A DNA stretch of 64,000 nucleotides from an uncultured virus (IMG/VR IMGVR_UViG_3300035670_000151). Its lineage: Duplodnaviria > Heunggongvirae > Uroviricota > Caudoviricetes. Positions 17,894 to 25,842 of the stretch are shown here, one piece after another (positions within the stretch are counted from its first letter, which is position 1; each line of letters begins with the position of its first letter). The stretch is from the IMG/VR virus record IMGVR_UViG_3300035670_000151, positions 1 through 64,000 of that record. One strand, 5' to 3'. A program made the position numbers and the translations under genes. The notes below the pieces were generated by a model. The model made no database searches. It saw only the letters and a program-made list of their open reading frames with translations, and was not told where the DNA came from.

Positions 17894-18301
17894 CTACGCC
17901 GCGATTCTGTCCTCGAAATGAAGCCGATACATCGCGTCTGCTCTTGCGATATCCGATTCCTCGTTGTAGCACAGGCAGATGCCGTGTTCCAGCAAAAGGC
18001 GTCGGGTTGCCTCTTGACCGCTTTGTGTGCCGCCGCGATGGTTACATTCCAGACAGGCCCCATAAAGGTTGTCTAGTTCCCACGTAGAGCCGTAGCAGAT
18101 GGGAATGACATGCTCATAGGTGAAGCTGGTAGGGACTTGTGGGCCTTCATAGACCATATCAACGCCGCAATGAACGCAGCGGTGATTGGACTTCTCCCCG
18201 ATCATATATTTATATTCTAGGGAACGGTATCTACCCGGTTTTCTATTTTTATCTCTTTTAGTGATTAATGGGCTTAGCTTGTTAATTAATAGCAGTTCCA
18301 T
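17894..18301 (-). CDS. HNH endonuclease (McrA-like)
   Basis: CVHCG…T.EHVIP…G…NL..AC..CN. Confidence 0.88.
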   Translation of the reverse strand: MELLLINKLSPLITKRDKNRKPGRYRSLEYKYMIGEKSNHRCVHCGVDMVYEGPQVPTSFTYEHVIPICYGSTWELDNLYGACLECNHRGGTQSGQEATRRLLLEHGICLCYNEESDIARADAMYRLHFEDRIAA

Positions 18302-18315
18302 TATTCCCCCGGAGA

Positions 18316-18669
18316 TTAGTCGGCTAAATATGTATCGCGGATATATTGGGCGATTTCGGGGAAGGTCTTGCCTTCCTTGTCGTTCAACGTGACGAAATCA
18401 GCAAAGCCTCCTTCGTCGATTCCCAGCCATGATGTCGCATCAGCCCGTGCGTTGCGACTGCGGGTGAACATATTACCTGACAAGCTAGCCGTGTTGGTAG
18501 CGAGAGCTAGAGCAACGTGCATACAGCAAAAGCCCTTTTCCTCTTGGCCATAAAGGGCTGGCGTCTGGTGGCCTTCGAAGCTTCCAGCGCCCCAGCTACC
18601 TCTTGCTTGGGGATAGGTGCCCGACTCTAGGGCTTCCGCGAGCTTCAACATGTTCTCTTTATTAGCCAT
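18316..18669 (-). CDS. conserved phage hypothetical protein
   Basis: ALESG.Y.Q..G, FCC, LND..GKTF.EIA..I pattern; GGAGG RBS. Confidence 0.75.
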   Translation of the reverse strand: MANKENMLKLAEALESGTYPQARGSWGAGSFEGHQTPALYGQEEKGFCCMHVALALATNTASLSGNMFTRSRNARADATSWLGIDEGGFADFVTLNDKEGKTFPEIAQYIRDTYLAD

Positions 18670-18673
18670 GGGA

Positions 18674-18889
18674 TTATTCCTCCACAATCCGTTCGCTTAC
18701 TTCGAAGCCGAACTTGCTAAACTGGTTGAGATAAAAGGCGATAAGAAGAGCCTCCATCTTGTTCGTATAGAACTTCTTATATTTATGGAGGCTCTTAGCC
18801 CGCTTCCAAATCGGACCCTTAGGAGTCCCATTAACATGGTCGGGTGCGTTGGTAACTTTGTGAATGATAAACTGTTTCATACGTTCCAA
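18674..18889 (-). CDS. hypothetical protein
   Basis: Packing. Confidence 0.55.
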   Translation of the reverse strand: MERMKQFIIHKVTNAPDHVNGTPKGPIWKRAKSLHKYKKFYTNKMEALLIAFYLNQFSKFGFEVSERIVEE

Positions 18890-18975
18890 AAGATAATGAG
18901 GAAGGAAAGAGCGATCAGAAGACCGATCCCGTTGAGCAATGCTTTAAGACAGCCCATGATAGAAAACAACCCTTC

Positions 18976-19293
18976 TTAGATATTGTTGTCGGGGAAGGTG
19001 AAACCACCGTCTCTTAGGCCACGCAGGGCGGCATATACCAGCCCTCTTGCGTTGCGACCTGTCTTGATCGCTTCTTCGACCTCTTCGATGGCCTTATTAA
19101 CGGCTTCTTCCGGTATTTTTATCGAAATTTCCTTCCAGTTAGTGTTATTATACACCCTGCGAAGGTAAGCTTGGCCACCATCGACAGCTACATTACCGCA
19201 TTTGCAGTATTTAAAGTCATGTCTATGAGCGGAATAGGGCCTATCACCACATGACAGGCACTCTACTTGGTTTGACACTATAATATTAGTCAT
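18976..19293 (-). CDS. zinc-finger phage protein
   Basis: C..CGD…S.HRHDF..C.CG.VAVDGG..YLRR. Confidence 0.8.
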   Translation of the reverse strand: MTNIIVSNQVECLSCGDRPYSAHRHDFKYCKCGNVAVDGGQAYLRRVYNNTNWKEISIKIPEEAVNKAIEEVEEAIKTGRNARGLVYAALRGLRDGGFTFPDNNI

Positions 19294-19398
19294 TTCTTAA
19301 TCTTCCTTTTGCTGGCGTTCTTAATAAAACCCCAATATTCTTTGCTATTTCTTTTGGGATTCCAAAACTTAGCTATCAAGTAAGCTTTAATCTTCCAT

Positions 19399-19929
19399 TT
19401 AATACCGCTGTATTTGCTCATTTGCCAATTCCACCACCGCTGAGTCGTCCATTTCGTCCAAATCTACAGGGGAAAGGGTGCCAGCGCCAACAATATCGAC
19501 CAGATATTGACCGGCCCGGTCATTGTCACCGATCGCTAGGAGCTTGTAGGAGCCTCGTAGAGCGCGAAACCATGCTGCCATGGGCTTGGGGGTCGGCCCT
19601 AGGACCGCGATGGCGTTGTAGCCTAGCCGATGGAGCTTGGCGGCTTTAAAAATGCCTTCAACTACGAATAATTCTGGTCTAGTTTCATCTAAAACGTCTA
19701 ATCCGAACACTCCAATAGTGTTCTTAGGTAATTTAGTGAAGTATCGACCTAATTTAGGGTTATTTTTAACCCCTTTTTCTTCTATTAATGGTCGGTAGTG
19801 TTGATAACCTACCATCTGACCACTTAAATTGTATAAATAGAAGGTGATTTTGTTAGTGGAATAACATTTAGCGTGTCGGTATAGGCTAGGATTCATTCCA
19901 CGTAGTATTAAATGTTCTCTTAATCGCAT
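19399..19929 (-). CDS. TOPRIM-domain primase-like protein
   Basis: NLSGQ.VGYQ.YRP, FVVEGIF.A, AIAVLG, IGDND.AG. Confidence 0.85.
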   Translation of the reverse strand: MRLREHLILRGMNPSLYRHAKCYSTNKITFYLYNLSGQMVGYQHYRPLIEEKGVKNNPKLGRYFTKLPKNTIGVFGLDVLDETRPELFVVEGIFKAAKLHRLGYNAIAVLGPTPKPMAAWFRALRGSYKLLAIGDNDRAGQYLVDIVGAGTLSPVDLDEMDDSAVVELANEQIQRY

Positions 19930-19995
19930 AAAAAACTCCCGTTCGAGCCTTTATAGCAAGAACGGGAGTAATTAAAACGGCTAGTAATATAGCTG

Positions 19996-20535
19996 TTAGC
20001 GGGGCGGAGCCTTGGCAGCGCTGCGACGTTCGGTAGGACCGCCCGGTTTGCCCTTTGGAGCCTCAGGAGCGACCGGGACAGGCTGTTCCGCGATCAGTTC
20101 CACCCGGCCAGCCGGGAAGACCTTAGCGTCCTTGAGAGCGCCTTCCTTGGAAAGGACAGTCGGCATGATCCCGATGAGGGTAAGGCCGGTGACGATTTCG
20201 GTGCGGGTGCCGATAATGCCTTCAAAGCCGGTGATGGTGTCCTTGACCTTCGCGCCCATGGTGAACGCGCTAAAGTGGGCGTTAGGCTCGATACAAGCCA
20301 TACGCCCCTTTTCGATCACCGTCAGGCGCAGGATATCGAAAACGAAAGCATCCTTGGGGTTGCCGTTATCATCCAAGCTGGTCGGAGATACCTCGATACG
20401 GTCGCAACCGTGAAGGTGATAGTCGCGAGCATAAGCAATGCCCTCAAAACCGGTAACTACGTCCTTAACGTAGTCGCCAAGTTCGACACCGGCATTGACG
20501 GGAAGCTCTTGCTTCTTCTTACCCAAAAGACCCAT
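19996..20535 (-). CDS. protein with two tandem SH3-like repeats
   Basis: G..VKD.(V/I)TGFEGI twice; host-like codons. Confidence 0.8.
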   Translation of the reverse strand: MGLLGKKKQELPVNAGVELGDYVKDVVTGFEGIAYARDYHLHGCDRIEVSPTSLDDNGNPKDAFVFDILRLTVIEKGRMACIEPNAHFSAFTMGAKVKDTITGFEGIIGTRTEIVTGLTLIGIMPTVLSKEGALKDAKVFPAGRVELIAEQPVPVAPEAPKGKPGGPTERRSAAKAPPR

Positions 20536-20548
20536 TTAGTAAGACTCC

Positions 20549-20571
20549 AAAAAAAGGCCCCGAAGGGCCTA
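20549..20571 (-). terminator. intrinsic terminator of the RNA operon
   Basis: AGGCCC-TTCG-GGGCCT followed by T-tract. Confidence 0.8.
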
Positions 20572-20728
20572 GGTTAGTCGAAAGGCTAGGTTGCGACACC
20601 GAAGGCCAGTCATATAACGCTGCATATTGAGGGCTTTTACCCCACCGTCCATTAACTACCCACATGCAAGAGGGTATGTCTAGGTGTTTTCTCGCGGATG
20701 GAGACGCCCGCGAAGTTGGCTCTGAAAC
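20572..20728 (-). ncRNA. structured pseudoknotted RNA, possibly manA-like
   Basis: TCGCGG/CCGCGA, ACACC/GGTGT, TACCC/GGGTA stems; loop TGCAT complementary to ATGCA; no ORF. Confidence 0.5.
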
Positions 20729-20729
20729 T

Positions 20730-20813
20730 TGGTGCCCTCTCTCGGACTCGAACCGAGACGGATCAACCGGCAGATTTTAAGTCTGCTGCGCCTACCAATT
20801 ACGCCAAGAGGGC
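20730..20813 (-). tRNA. tRNA-Leu(TAA)
   Basis: Class II cloverleaf, CCA. Confidence 0.93.
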
Positions 20814-20936
20814 TTGGTAGGTCATAACGTAAGAAAATACATAACACCCCACTTAATAAAGAAAGAATACGGATCGACAGCTTTTGGGCAAAAGCAAATT
20901 GAAGAACCAACCCGTATTCTATCACTACTAAGTAAG

Positions 20937-21013
20937 TGGTGGACCCTCTGGGATTCGAACCCAGCACCTACAGATTAAAAGTCCGTCGCTCTAACCAAAT
21001 GAGCTAAGGGTCC
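20937..21013 (-). tRNA. tRNA-Lys(TTT)
   Basis: Cloverleaf, loop CTTTTAA, CCA. Confidence 0.94.
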
Positions 21014-21019
21014 ACTAAG

Positions 21020-21220
21020 AAGGGGAAGTTTATCAGGTCTATAACCTTTCTAGCTTCCCCTAATCATAGCTAGCGTAAATCATCGCTCCTAACACTATGG
21101 ATTAGGTTCACGTAGGAGCCTTGCTTAGGGGCTTGCCTCTATCGCTGGATTTCAGCCCACCGATAATGTGAAACTTAACAAGGTTGAAACATGACAATGT
21201 GCAGACCATCATGTTTCAAT
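21020..21220 (-). ncRNA. structured inter-tRNA RNA
   Basis: 11-bp hairpin TTGAAACATGA/TCATGTTTCAA; GCTCCTA/TAGGAGC pairing; AGGGGAAG/CTTCCCCT. Confidence 0.45.
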
Positions 21221-21229
21221 GTTATTAAG

Positions 21230-21339
21230 TGGCGGGACGGGGAGGGATCGAACCTCCGACTATCTGGCCTTGTCTTGGGGTCCATCACCCTCAAAGGGCT
21301 TAGACAAGGTTTCGTCTTCTACCGCTGAATTACCGTCCC
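21230..21339 (-). ncRNA. tRNA-like RNA with the anticodon arm replaced by a long stem
   Basis: Acceptor GGGACGG/CCGTCCC-G-CCA, D and T arms present, CCTTGTCT/AGACAAGG insert. Confidence 0.75.
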
Positions 21340-21341
21340 GT

Positions 21342-21438
21342 TGGAAGCGCGAGAGGGATTCAAACCCCCGTCTTCAATCCTCCGAAAGCTGTTTTGTCTG
21401 CATACTTCTGTCCAGAAGCACACTCAAACTACCGCGCT
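21342..21438 (-). ncRNA. tRNA-like RNA with expanded D arm and weak anticodon arm
   Basis: AGCGCGG/TCGCGCT-T-CCA, T arm GGGGG-TTTGAAT-CCCTC, extra GTGCTTCTG/CAGAAGTAT stem. Confidence 0.65.
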
Positions 21439-21439
21439 A

Positions 21440-21517
21440 TGGGGCCTTAGGGTTGGATTCGAACCAACGACCTTCCTTATTTATCGGACGCTCTAACCGG
21501 ACTGAGCTACATAGGCC
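21440..21517 (-). ncRNA. tRNA-like RNA with degenerate anticodon arm
   Basis: Canonical D and T arms, CCA; anticodon arm TCC-GATAAATAA-GGA. Confidence 0.7.
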
Positions 21518-21518
21518 A

Positions 21519-21567
21519 TGGTGGGGAAACCGAGCGGTCAGACCAATGACTTTACGCGATTATCCCC
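21519..21567 (-). ncRNA. 49-nt CCA-ended minihelix
   Basis: GGGGATAATCG…CGGTTTCCCC-ACCA. Confidence 0.5.
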
Positions 21568-21574
21568 ATATGTA

Positions 21575-22395
21575 ATTAGCAAGCTGAGAATACACTTACT
21601 AAGGGCAGTCTTAAACCCCTTATTGTTTAGGGCCTTTTCCACTATAACCCGGTCAAGGTATCATAGTAACTACCAACACCGCCATTTTATTAATCGCTGG
21701 CATTTGCGATATCACTACAAGCTACTCATAGTATCTTAATCCCATTGAAGTTTTACCTCCATTAAGCTCCCGCTAAAGAGCAATGAGTTCTTCCACTACA
21801 AACAATCCATCCTTGCGAGACTTCATGCCCCCACTCTAGGTAGGGCTTAGGTGCCTTTCACTTATAGCTGGACAAGGCTTTGCGTTGATGAATCAACTGC
21901 TGGATTTGAACCAACAATCAATGGATTAAGAGTCCATCGCATTACCGTTATGCTAAGTTGTTTCCAGTTAAGACGTGCTTGTCCAATGGTATCATTCCCT
22001 TTTGGGGAACAACATGCCACACGCCTCATGTCTTTCGCCTTGCGGGCTACTCAACGGTTACGTAAAGTGTCTCCACCTTTGGTAACTGGCTAATGCTCTT
22101 CCACGCTAATGGTCGAACTATTACCCTTATGGTTCACTATCGACTTCGAATAAGTTTTGCTTGGTGCAGGTGTTTGCGACTTCACTAGCTCACCGATTAG
22201 CTCTGCTAGTTATCCTTTCGGACCTAAAACCCTTATCCTTCAATCTATCCCCTACTTGTATAGAGGAACCTTTCGGTCAGTTCCATGTTGCTTAAGTTGA
22301 CCTATTACTAGGCGGCTTGGTTTGGCTCCTAACCTTTCACCAGATTACTCTAGCTTATCCGCTTCAAGCAGCGACCGGTTCGTTTCCTTGCCGGT
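21575..22395 (-). ncRNA. GOLLD-like giant ncRNA (~820 nt) with an embedded tRNA
   Basis: ORF-free, many GNRA-capped hairpins, GTAACCGTTGAGTAGCCCGCAAGGCGAAAG and GAAAGGCAC segments, terminal hairpin AGTAAG-TGTATTCTCAG-CTTGCT, own promoter, tRNA-cluster context; recognised from memory of the family. Confidence 0.75.
21891..21962 (-). tRNA. tRNA-Lys(CTT) embedded in the GOLLD-like RNA, no CCA
   Basis: ATGGA-CTCTTAA-TCCAT, D and T arms intact, imperfect acceptor stem. Confidence 0.75.
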
Positions 22396-22401
22396 GATCT
22401 C

Positions 22402-22430
22402 TATCTAGGCGACGAATCGATTCGGTGCAA
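22402..22430 (-). promoter_or_regulatory. promoter of the GOLLD/tRNA operon with overlapping CGAATCG/CGATTCG
   Basis: TTGCAC-N17-TAGATA. Confidence 0.8.
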
Positions 22431-22511
22431 GAGAAAAATGCACCAAGCCCAAACTTTTTTTCTTGGCCCTGATCTTATATTTAATCTAGTATTATTTGAT
22501 TAAGGTCAAAT

Positions 22512-22540
22512 AAAAACGGGGCCGTTAAGCCCCGTTTCTA
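22512..22540 (-). terminator. terminator after terC
   Basis: AAACGGGGC-TTAACG-GCCCCGTTTTT. Confidence 0.75.
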
Positions 22541-22548
22541 TTAGCTTA

Positions 22549-23148
22549 TTAGGAAGTCCAAGACACGATGACTGGAACGTCCTGATAGATCAGATGACCC
22601 GCGATATAGAGGACCAGCAGCAAGCCGAACCAAGCCAGCCAACGATACTTCTCAATGAGTCTCGCTACCGCATTGGCAGCAAAGATCATGATGAAGATCG
22701 ACAACACGATACCGAAGATGAGCGCGAAGTAATGATCCCCGGCAGCACCAGCAACGGCAAGAATGTTATCGATGGACATCGAAAGATCGGCAAGAGCAAC
22801 GGCGAAGAGTGCGGAACGATAGTTCGCAGCAGCCGTTACGTTCTCCGTGCTACCATCAACGATACCATTGTCCCTGATATCCTTGAACATACCCCACGCC
22901 ACATAGAGCAGGGCAAGACCACCGGCGAGTCGGATACCGGGAATCTGTAGCAGGTAGGTCGCGAGGAACAGCAGAACGATGCGGAAACCTGCGGCCATGA
23001 ACATGCCGTATTTGATGACCTTCTTACGCTGTTCGGCGGGAAGGCTGGCGGCTTTTGCCCCGATAATAACGGCGTTATCACCGGAGAGAACGATGTCCAG
23101 CAGAACGATACTACCGAACGTCATCAGGTTAGCAAGTAACCATTCCAT
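22549..23148 (-). CDS. terC: TerC/YjbE family membrane protein
   Basis: DIVLSGDNA.II, ADLSMSIDN.LAVAGAA; start 23148 overlaps the terB stop (TAATG). Confidence 0.92.
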   Translation of the reverse strand: MEWLLANLMTFGSIVLLDIVLSGDNAVIIGAKAASLPAEQRKKVIKYGMFMAAGFRIVLLFLATYLLQIPGIRLAGGLALLYVAWGMFKDIRDNGIVDGSTENVTAAANYRSALFAVALADLSMSIDNILAVAGAAGDHYFALIFGIVLSIFIMIFAANAVARLIEKYRWLAWFGLLLVLYIAGHLIYQDVPVIVSWTS

Positions 23149-23594
23149 TATAGCGCATACTCCTGCGGGCGAAGACCGAGCTTGACGCAAATGGCCCGCG
23201 CCACCTGCTGTTCGGAGGGTTGGAACTCATTGTCGGCATTGGCCACGGCCAACATGCCAAGCATGATGACCTTTGCACCATCAGTGCCAGCAGCCTTTTC
23301 GATGCTCTCCATAAGAGCAACCTTACCAGCTACGGCAGAGAGGGACATTTCTTCGGCGCAGTCATCGATTGCCTTAGCAACCTCCGACGACTTGAAGGAA
23401 GGAAGTTTCTTGGCGATGACGCGGCCAAGAACCACCTTCTCTTCATCCGATACGTTGCCATCAGCGGCAGCGACCAGATAGGAAGCTTGGACGGTGCGAA
23501 TGAAAGTCGCCTTGTCGGACATGCGGCTAAGAGCCTTTTCAGCATCAGCCATGAAGTTGGAGGCGATGCCTTTGAGGCTATCGAGGAAACCCAT
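23148..23594 (-). CDS. terB: TerB-family protein
   Basis: LVAAADG.VS.EEK … VANAD.EF..SE…..IC..LGL. Confidence 0.9.
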   Translation of the reverse strand: MGFLDSLKGIASNFMADAEKALSRMSDKATFIRTVQASYLVAAADGNVSDEEKVVLGRVIAKKLPSFKSSEVAKAIDDCAEEMSLSAVAGKVALMESIEKAAGTDGAKVIMLGMLAVANADNEFQPSEQQVARAICVKLGLRPQEYAL

Positions 23595-23705
23595 ATTAAA
23601 CCCCGCTACTAAAAGGGGTAGTAGAAGCATTTCTTCCTACTTCTACTACCCCAAGGTTATTCAGAACGATACCAACTAACTAGGTTGGTGATGTATTGCC
23701 GGCGA

Positions 23706-24305
23706 TTAGTCGGCAATGGCCTTGTTGATGAGGGCCAGCGGTTCCATCGAGTCCGCTTCGGTGACGCTCACAACGTCCACGATGTCGAACTTGCCGGTCA
23801 ACTGGTCGTCCAGATGATCGAGATAGTTCCGCGCCGCCTTGTCGTCGCCGATCTGGATGAAGAGGAACGTCAGGTCTTCATCCTTCGCGATGTTGTTCGA
23901 AGCATCGGTGATGAGCTTGGCGACCAGCGCCTGATCGTTCGGCTCGCCATCGGTGAAGATGACGGCGAAGGTCTTCTTGCCGGTCTTCTTCTGCTTGTCG
24001 ATGGTCCACGCGATGGCATCATGCAGCGGGGTCGAACCACGCGGACCACGCGAAGCGAACAGCTTGTCGATGGTGGCGGACGTAACGCCTTCTTCGACTT
24101 CGAAGTTCGGGCCGAACACACCGACATCGATGCCGTCAGCGTCGAACGGTTCGATGGCGCGGATGAAGCCCAGCAGCGACTCTTGCATTTCCTGCCAGCG
24201 GGTCTTCCCCGGCATCTTGACGGACGGATTGCCCATCGAACCCGAAGCGTCGATCAGGGCAACGAAATCGAATTCAGATGCCGTTTCGGCGTTCAACTGA
24301 GTCAT
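23706..24305 (-). CDS. vWA-domain protein (Ter-associated)
   Basis: MIDAS DASGSM, GSTPL, IFTDGEP, FIQIG.D..A..YL..LDD. Confidence 0.92.
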   Translation of the reverse strand: MTQLNAETASEFDFVALIDASGSMGNPSVKMPGKTRWQEMQESLLGFIRAIEPFDADGIDVGVFGPNFEVEEGVTSATIDKLFASRGPRGSTPLHDAIAWTIDKQKKTGKKTFAVIFTDGEPNDQALVAKLITDASNNIAKDEDLTFLFIQIGDDKAARNYLDHLDDQLTGKFDIVDVVSVTEADSMEPLALINKAIAD

Positions 24306-24379
24306 GGTAATACCTCTTACCAGAGCGGTTAAAAAAGGAACCTACTAACTAAACCACCCGATAGCCAGTAGATGATTTC

Positions 24380-24408
24380 GGTCTAGCGACCTGAGATTCG
24401 CCCGTCAA
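24380..24408 (-). promoter_or_regulatory. promoter of vWA-terB-terC
   Basis: TTGACG-N17-TAGACC (GCTAGACC) with CGAATCT in the spacer. Confidence 0.75.
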
Positions 24409-24442
24409 CAGAAAAGTTTGGCGAGAGAAACTTTTTCTTACC

Positions 24443-24814
24443 TTAGCTGTAACGGTAAACTACTTCCGCCATTACTAGGTAAGTTAGTGAATGGATTAGT
24501 TGGTCGAAACCTGTCCAAACCCAAAACTCATAATGGGTGTTACACTTCCACCCCATATGTGCATTCAACTTCATCTTGAAGTAGTCCATATGGTAGTGAA
24601 CGATGAATTCGAACGCTACCAGATAGGCTATTACTGACTTATCATCAATAAAGAATGGCAATATTACGGCAGAAGCTATCCCATGTTGAGCGGAATGAAC
24701 TAGTCCGCCCCAATGCCCGTATCTTCCTTTGTTCTGCCATTGATAGGCTGGTTGATAAACGAAATCGAAGATGAAATGCTTAATTACCAAGCATACTAGC
24801 AAGGTTATTATCAT
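24443..24814 (-). CDS. DUF3307-like membrane protein
   Basis: KHF..DF..Q…KG, HS..HG, HY..DY.K, G.DQL.H. Confidence 0.85.
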   Translation of the reverse strand: MIITLLVCLVIKHFIFDFVYQPAYQWQNKGRYGHWGGLVHSAQHGIASAVILPFFIDDKSVIAYLVAFEFIVHYHMDYFKMKLNAHMGWKCNTHYEFWVWTGFDQLIHSLTYLVMAEVVYRYS

Positions 24815-25074
24815 ACCATCAGTTGCGGGGCTGTCTCAAACCAGTAAGCATAGCCTTCTTCCGCTTCTTCATTCTGCTGGTCGCAATATTCTTGGGCGTC
24901 GATCCGGTTGTAAAGGTAGCCCTTCACTTCATCGGATAATTCGGGCTTAGCAGCACACCCATACAAAATTACGTAAACTTCCACCGCTCATAACTCCCCA
25001 GAAACGAAAAGGGCGGGAATCGCCCTGTATTGAAACAGATAGCGATTCCCGCCCGTGTAGGAAAGAGGAAAATT

Positions 25075-25398
25075 TCAATTTCCGAAGCGTAACGTCTTAT
25101 AATTCTTGAACACTTCCCTAGTCGGACCTCTTACCGGGACTGAGGCGACGGCTGTTAGCTCATCGTCCATGGCCCCTTCATTAAAGGTAGAATAAGGAAT
25201 GTCATTGTCAGCCATTAGGAGCGCAGCTTTGTGAAGCTCCCTTTCGTTTCTAACTCCGATCCCAACGAAATGAACATACTCCCAAAGCTTATCGGGACTC
25301 TTAGCGCCTGCCTTAGCAGCAACATGCCCAAATTGGATTAGTTGCTGCTCCGGTGTTATATCTTGGCGCACAAAGATATAGCAATAATATGGAGTCAT
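25075..25398 (-). CDS. Pth2-like peptidyl-tRNA hydrolase
   Basis: YIFVRQDI…Q..IQ..HV…, V.NE.EL, F.E..MD.ELTAVA..P. Confidence 0.7.
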   Translation of the reverse strand: MTPYYCYIFVRQDITPEQQLIQFGHVAAKAGAKSPDKLWEYVHFVGIGVRNERELHKAALLMADNDIPYSTFNEGAMDDELTAVASVPVRGPTREVFKNYKTLRFGN

Positions 25399-25724
25399 TA
25401 TGCTACGCCTTTGGTGGCTTGGAAAATTACTTCCCAAGCGCCTTGTTCGGCTTCTGTTAGATATTCTTTCGTTAGATAACGATATTTCAGGCTGGCTTCA
25501 TAGCGAGCGTGATTGATGCCCCAATACTGTAGAGCGCCGTTGGCGACCTTAGTAGGGTTTGTGGGCTTAGTGAAAGCCTTCTTTAGTAGGGCGATTGCAA
25601 CGCCAACCTTGTCCTCGCTCTTAGCACGAATGGCCTTGATGATGCAGCGAGTATAAACGTCTGCTCTTGAAACGTCTTTGTTGTTGGCTAGGGTATTGTA
25701 ATGGTCGAAATAGTTCTTAGTCAT
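25398..25724 (-). CDS. hypothetical protein translationally coupled to the Pth2-like gene
   Basis: AAGGA RBS; TAATG overlap; L.KAFT..TN..K.ANG motif. Confidence 0.8.
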   Translation of the reverse strand: MTKNYFDHYNTLANNKDVSRADVYTRCIIKAIRAKSEDKVGVAIALLKKAFTKPTNPTKVANGALQYWGINHARYEASLKYRYLTKEYLTEAEQGAWEVIFQATKGVA

Positions 25725-25786
25725 GTGTATTGTCCTTTAATCTTAAAATAAATCAGTAAATCGCTTTGGGTTAGATACTGACTACT

Positions 25787-25816
25787 TTAAGGAGGACGAT
25801 GGGGCAGCTAGTGCAT
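25787..25816 (-). promoter_or_regulatory. leader peptide M-H-amber-L-P-H-R-P-P-ochre
   Basis: AAGGA RBS; ATG CAC TAG CTG CCC CAT CGT CCT CCT TAA; 3' part pairs with the downstream RBS. Confidence 0.6.
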
Positions 25817-25842
25817 TCTACTTTCCTTCTGTAGTGAGCTTT

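Noticed and set aside
20680..22093. ORF-track entries at 20680, 21219, 21518 and 21851
   Set aside because: They are shadows of tRNA and ncRNA genes, without RBS.
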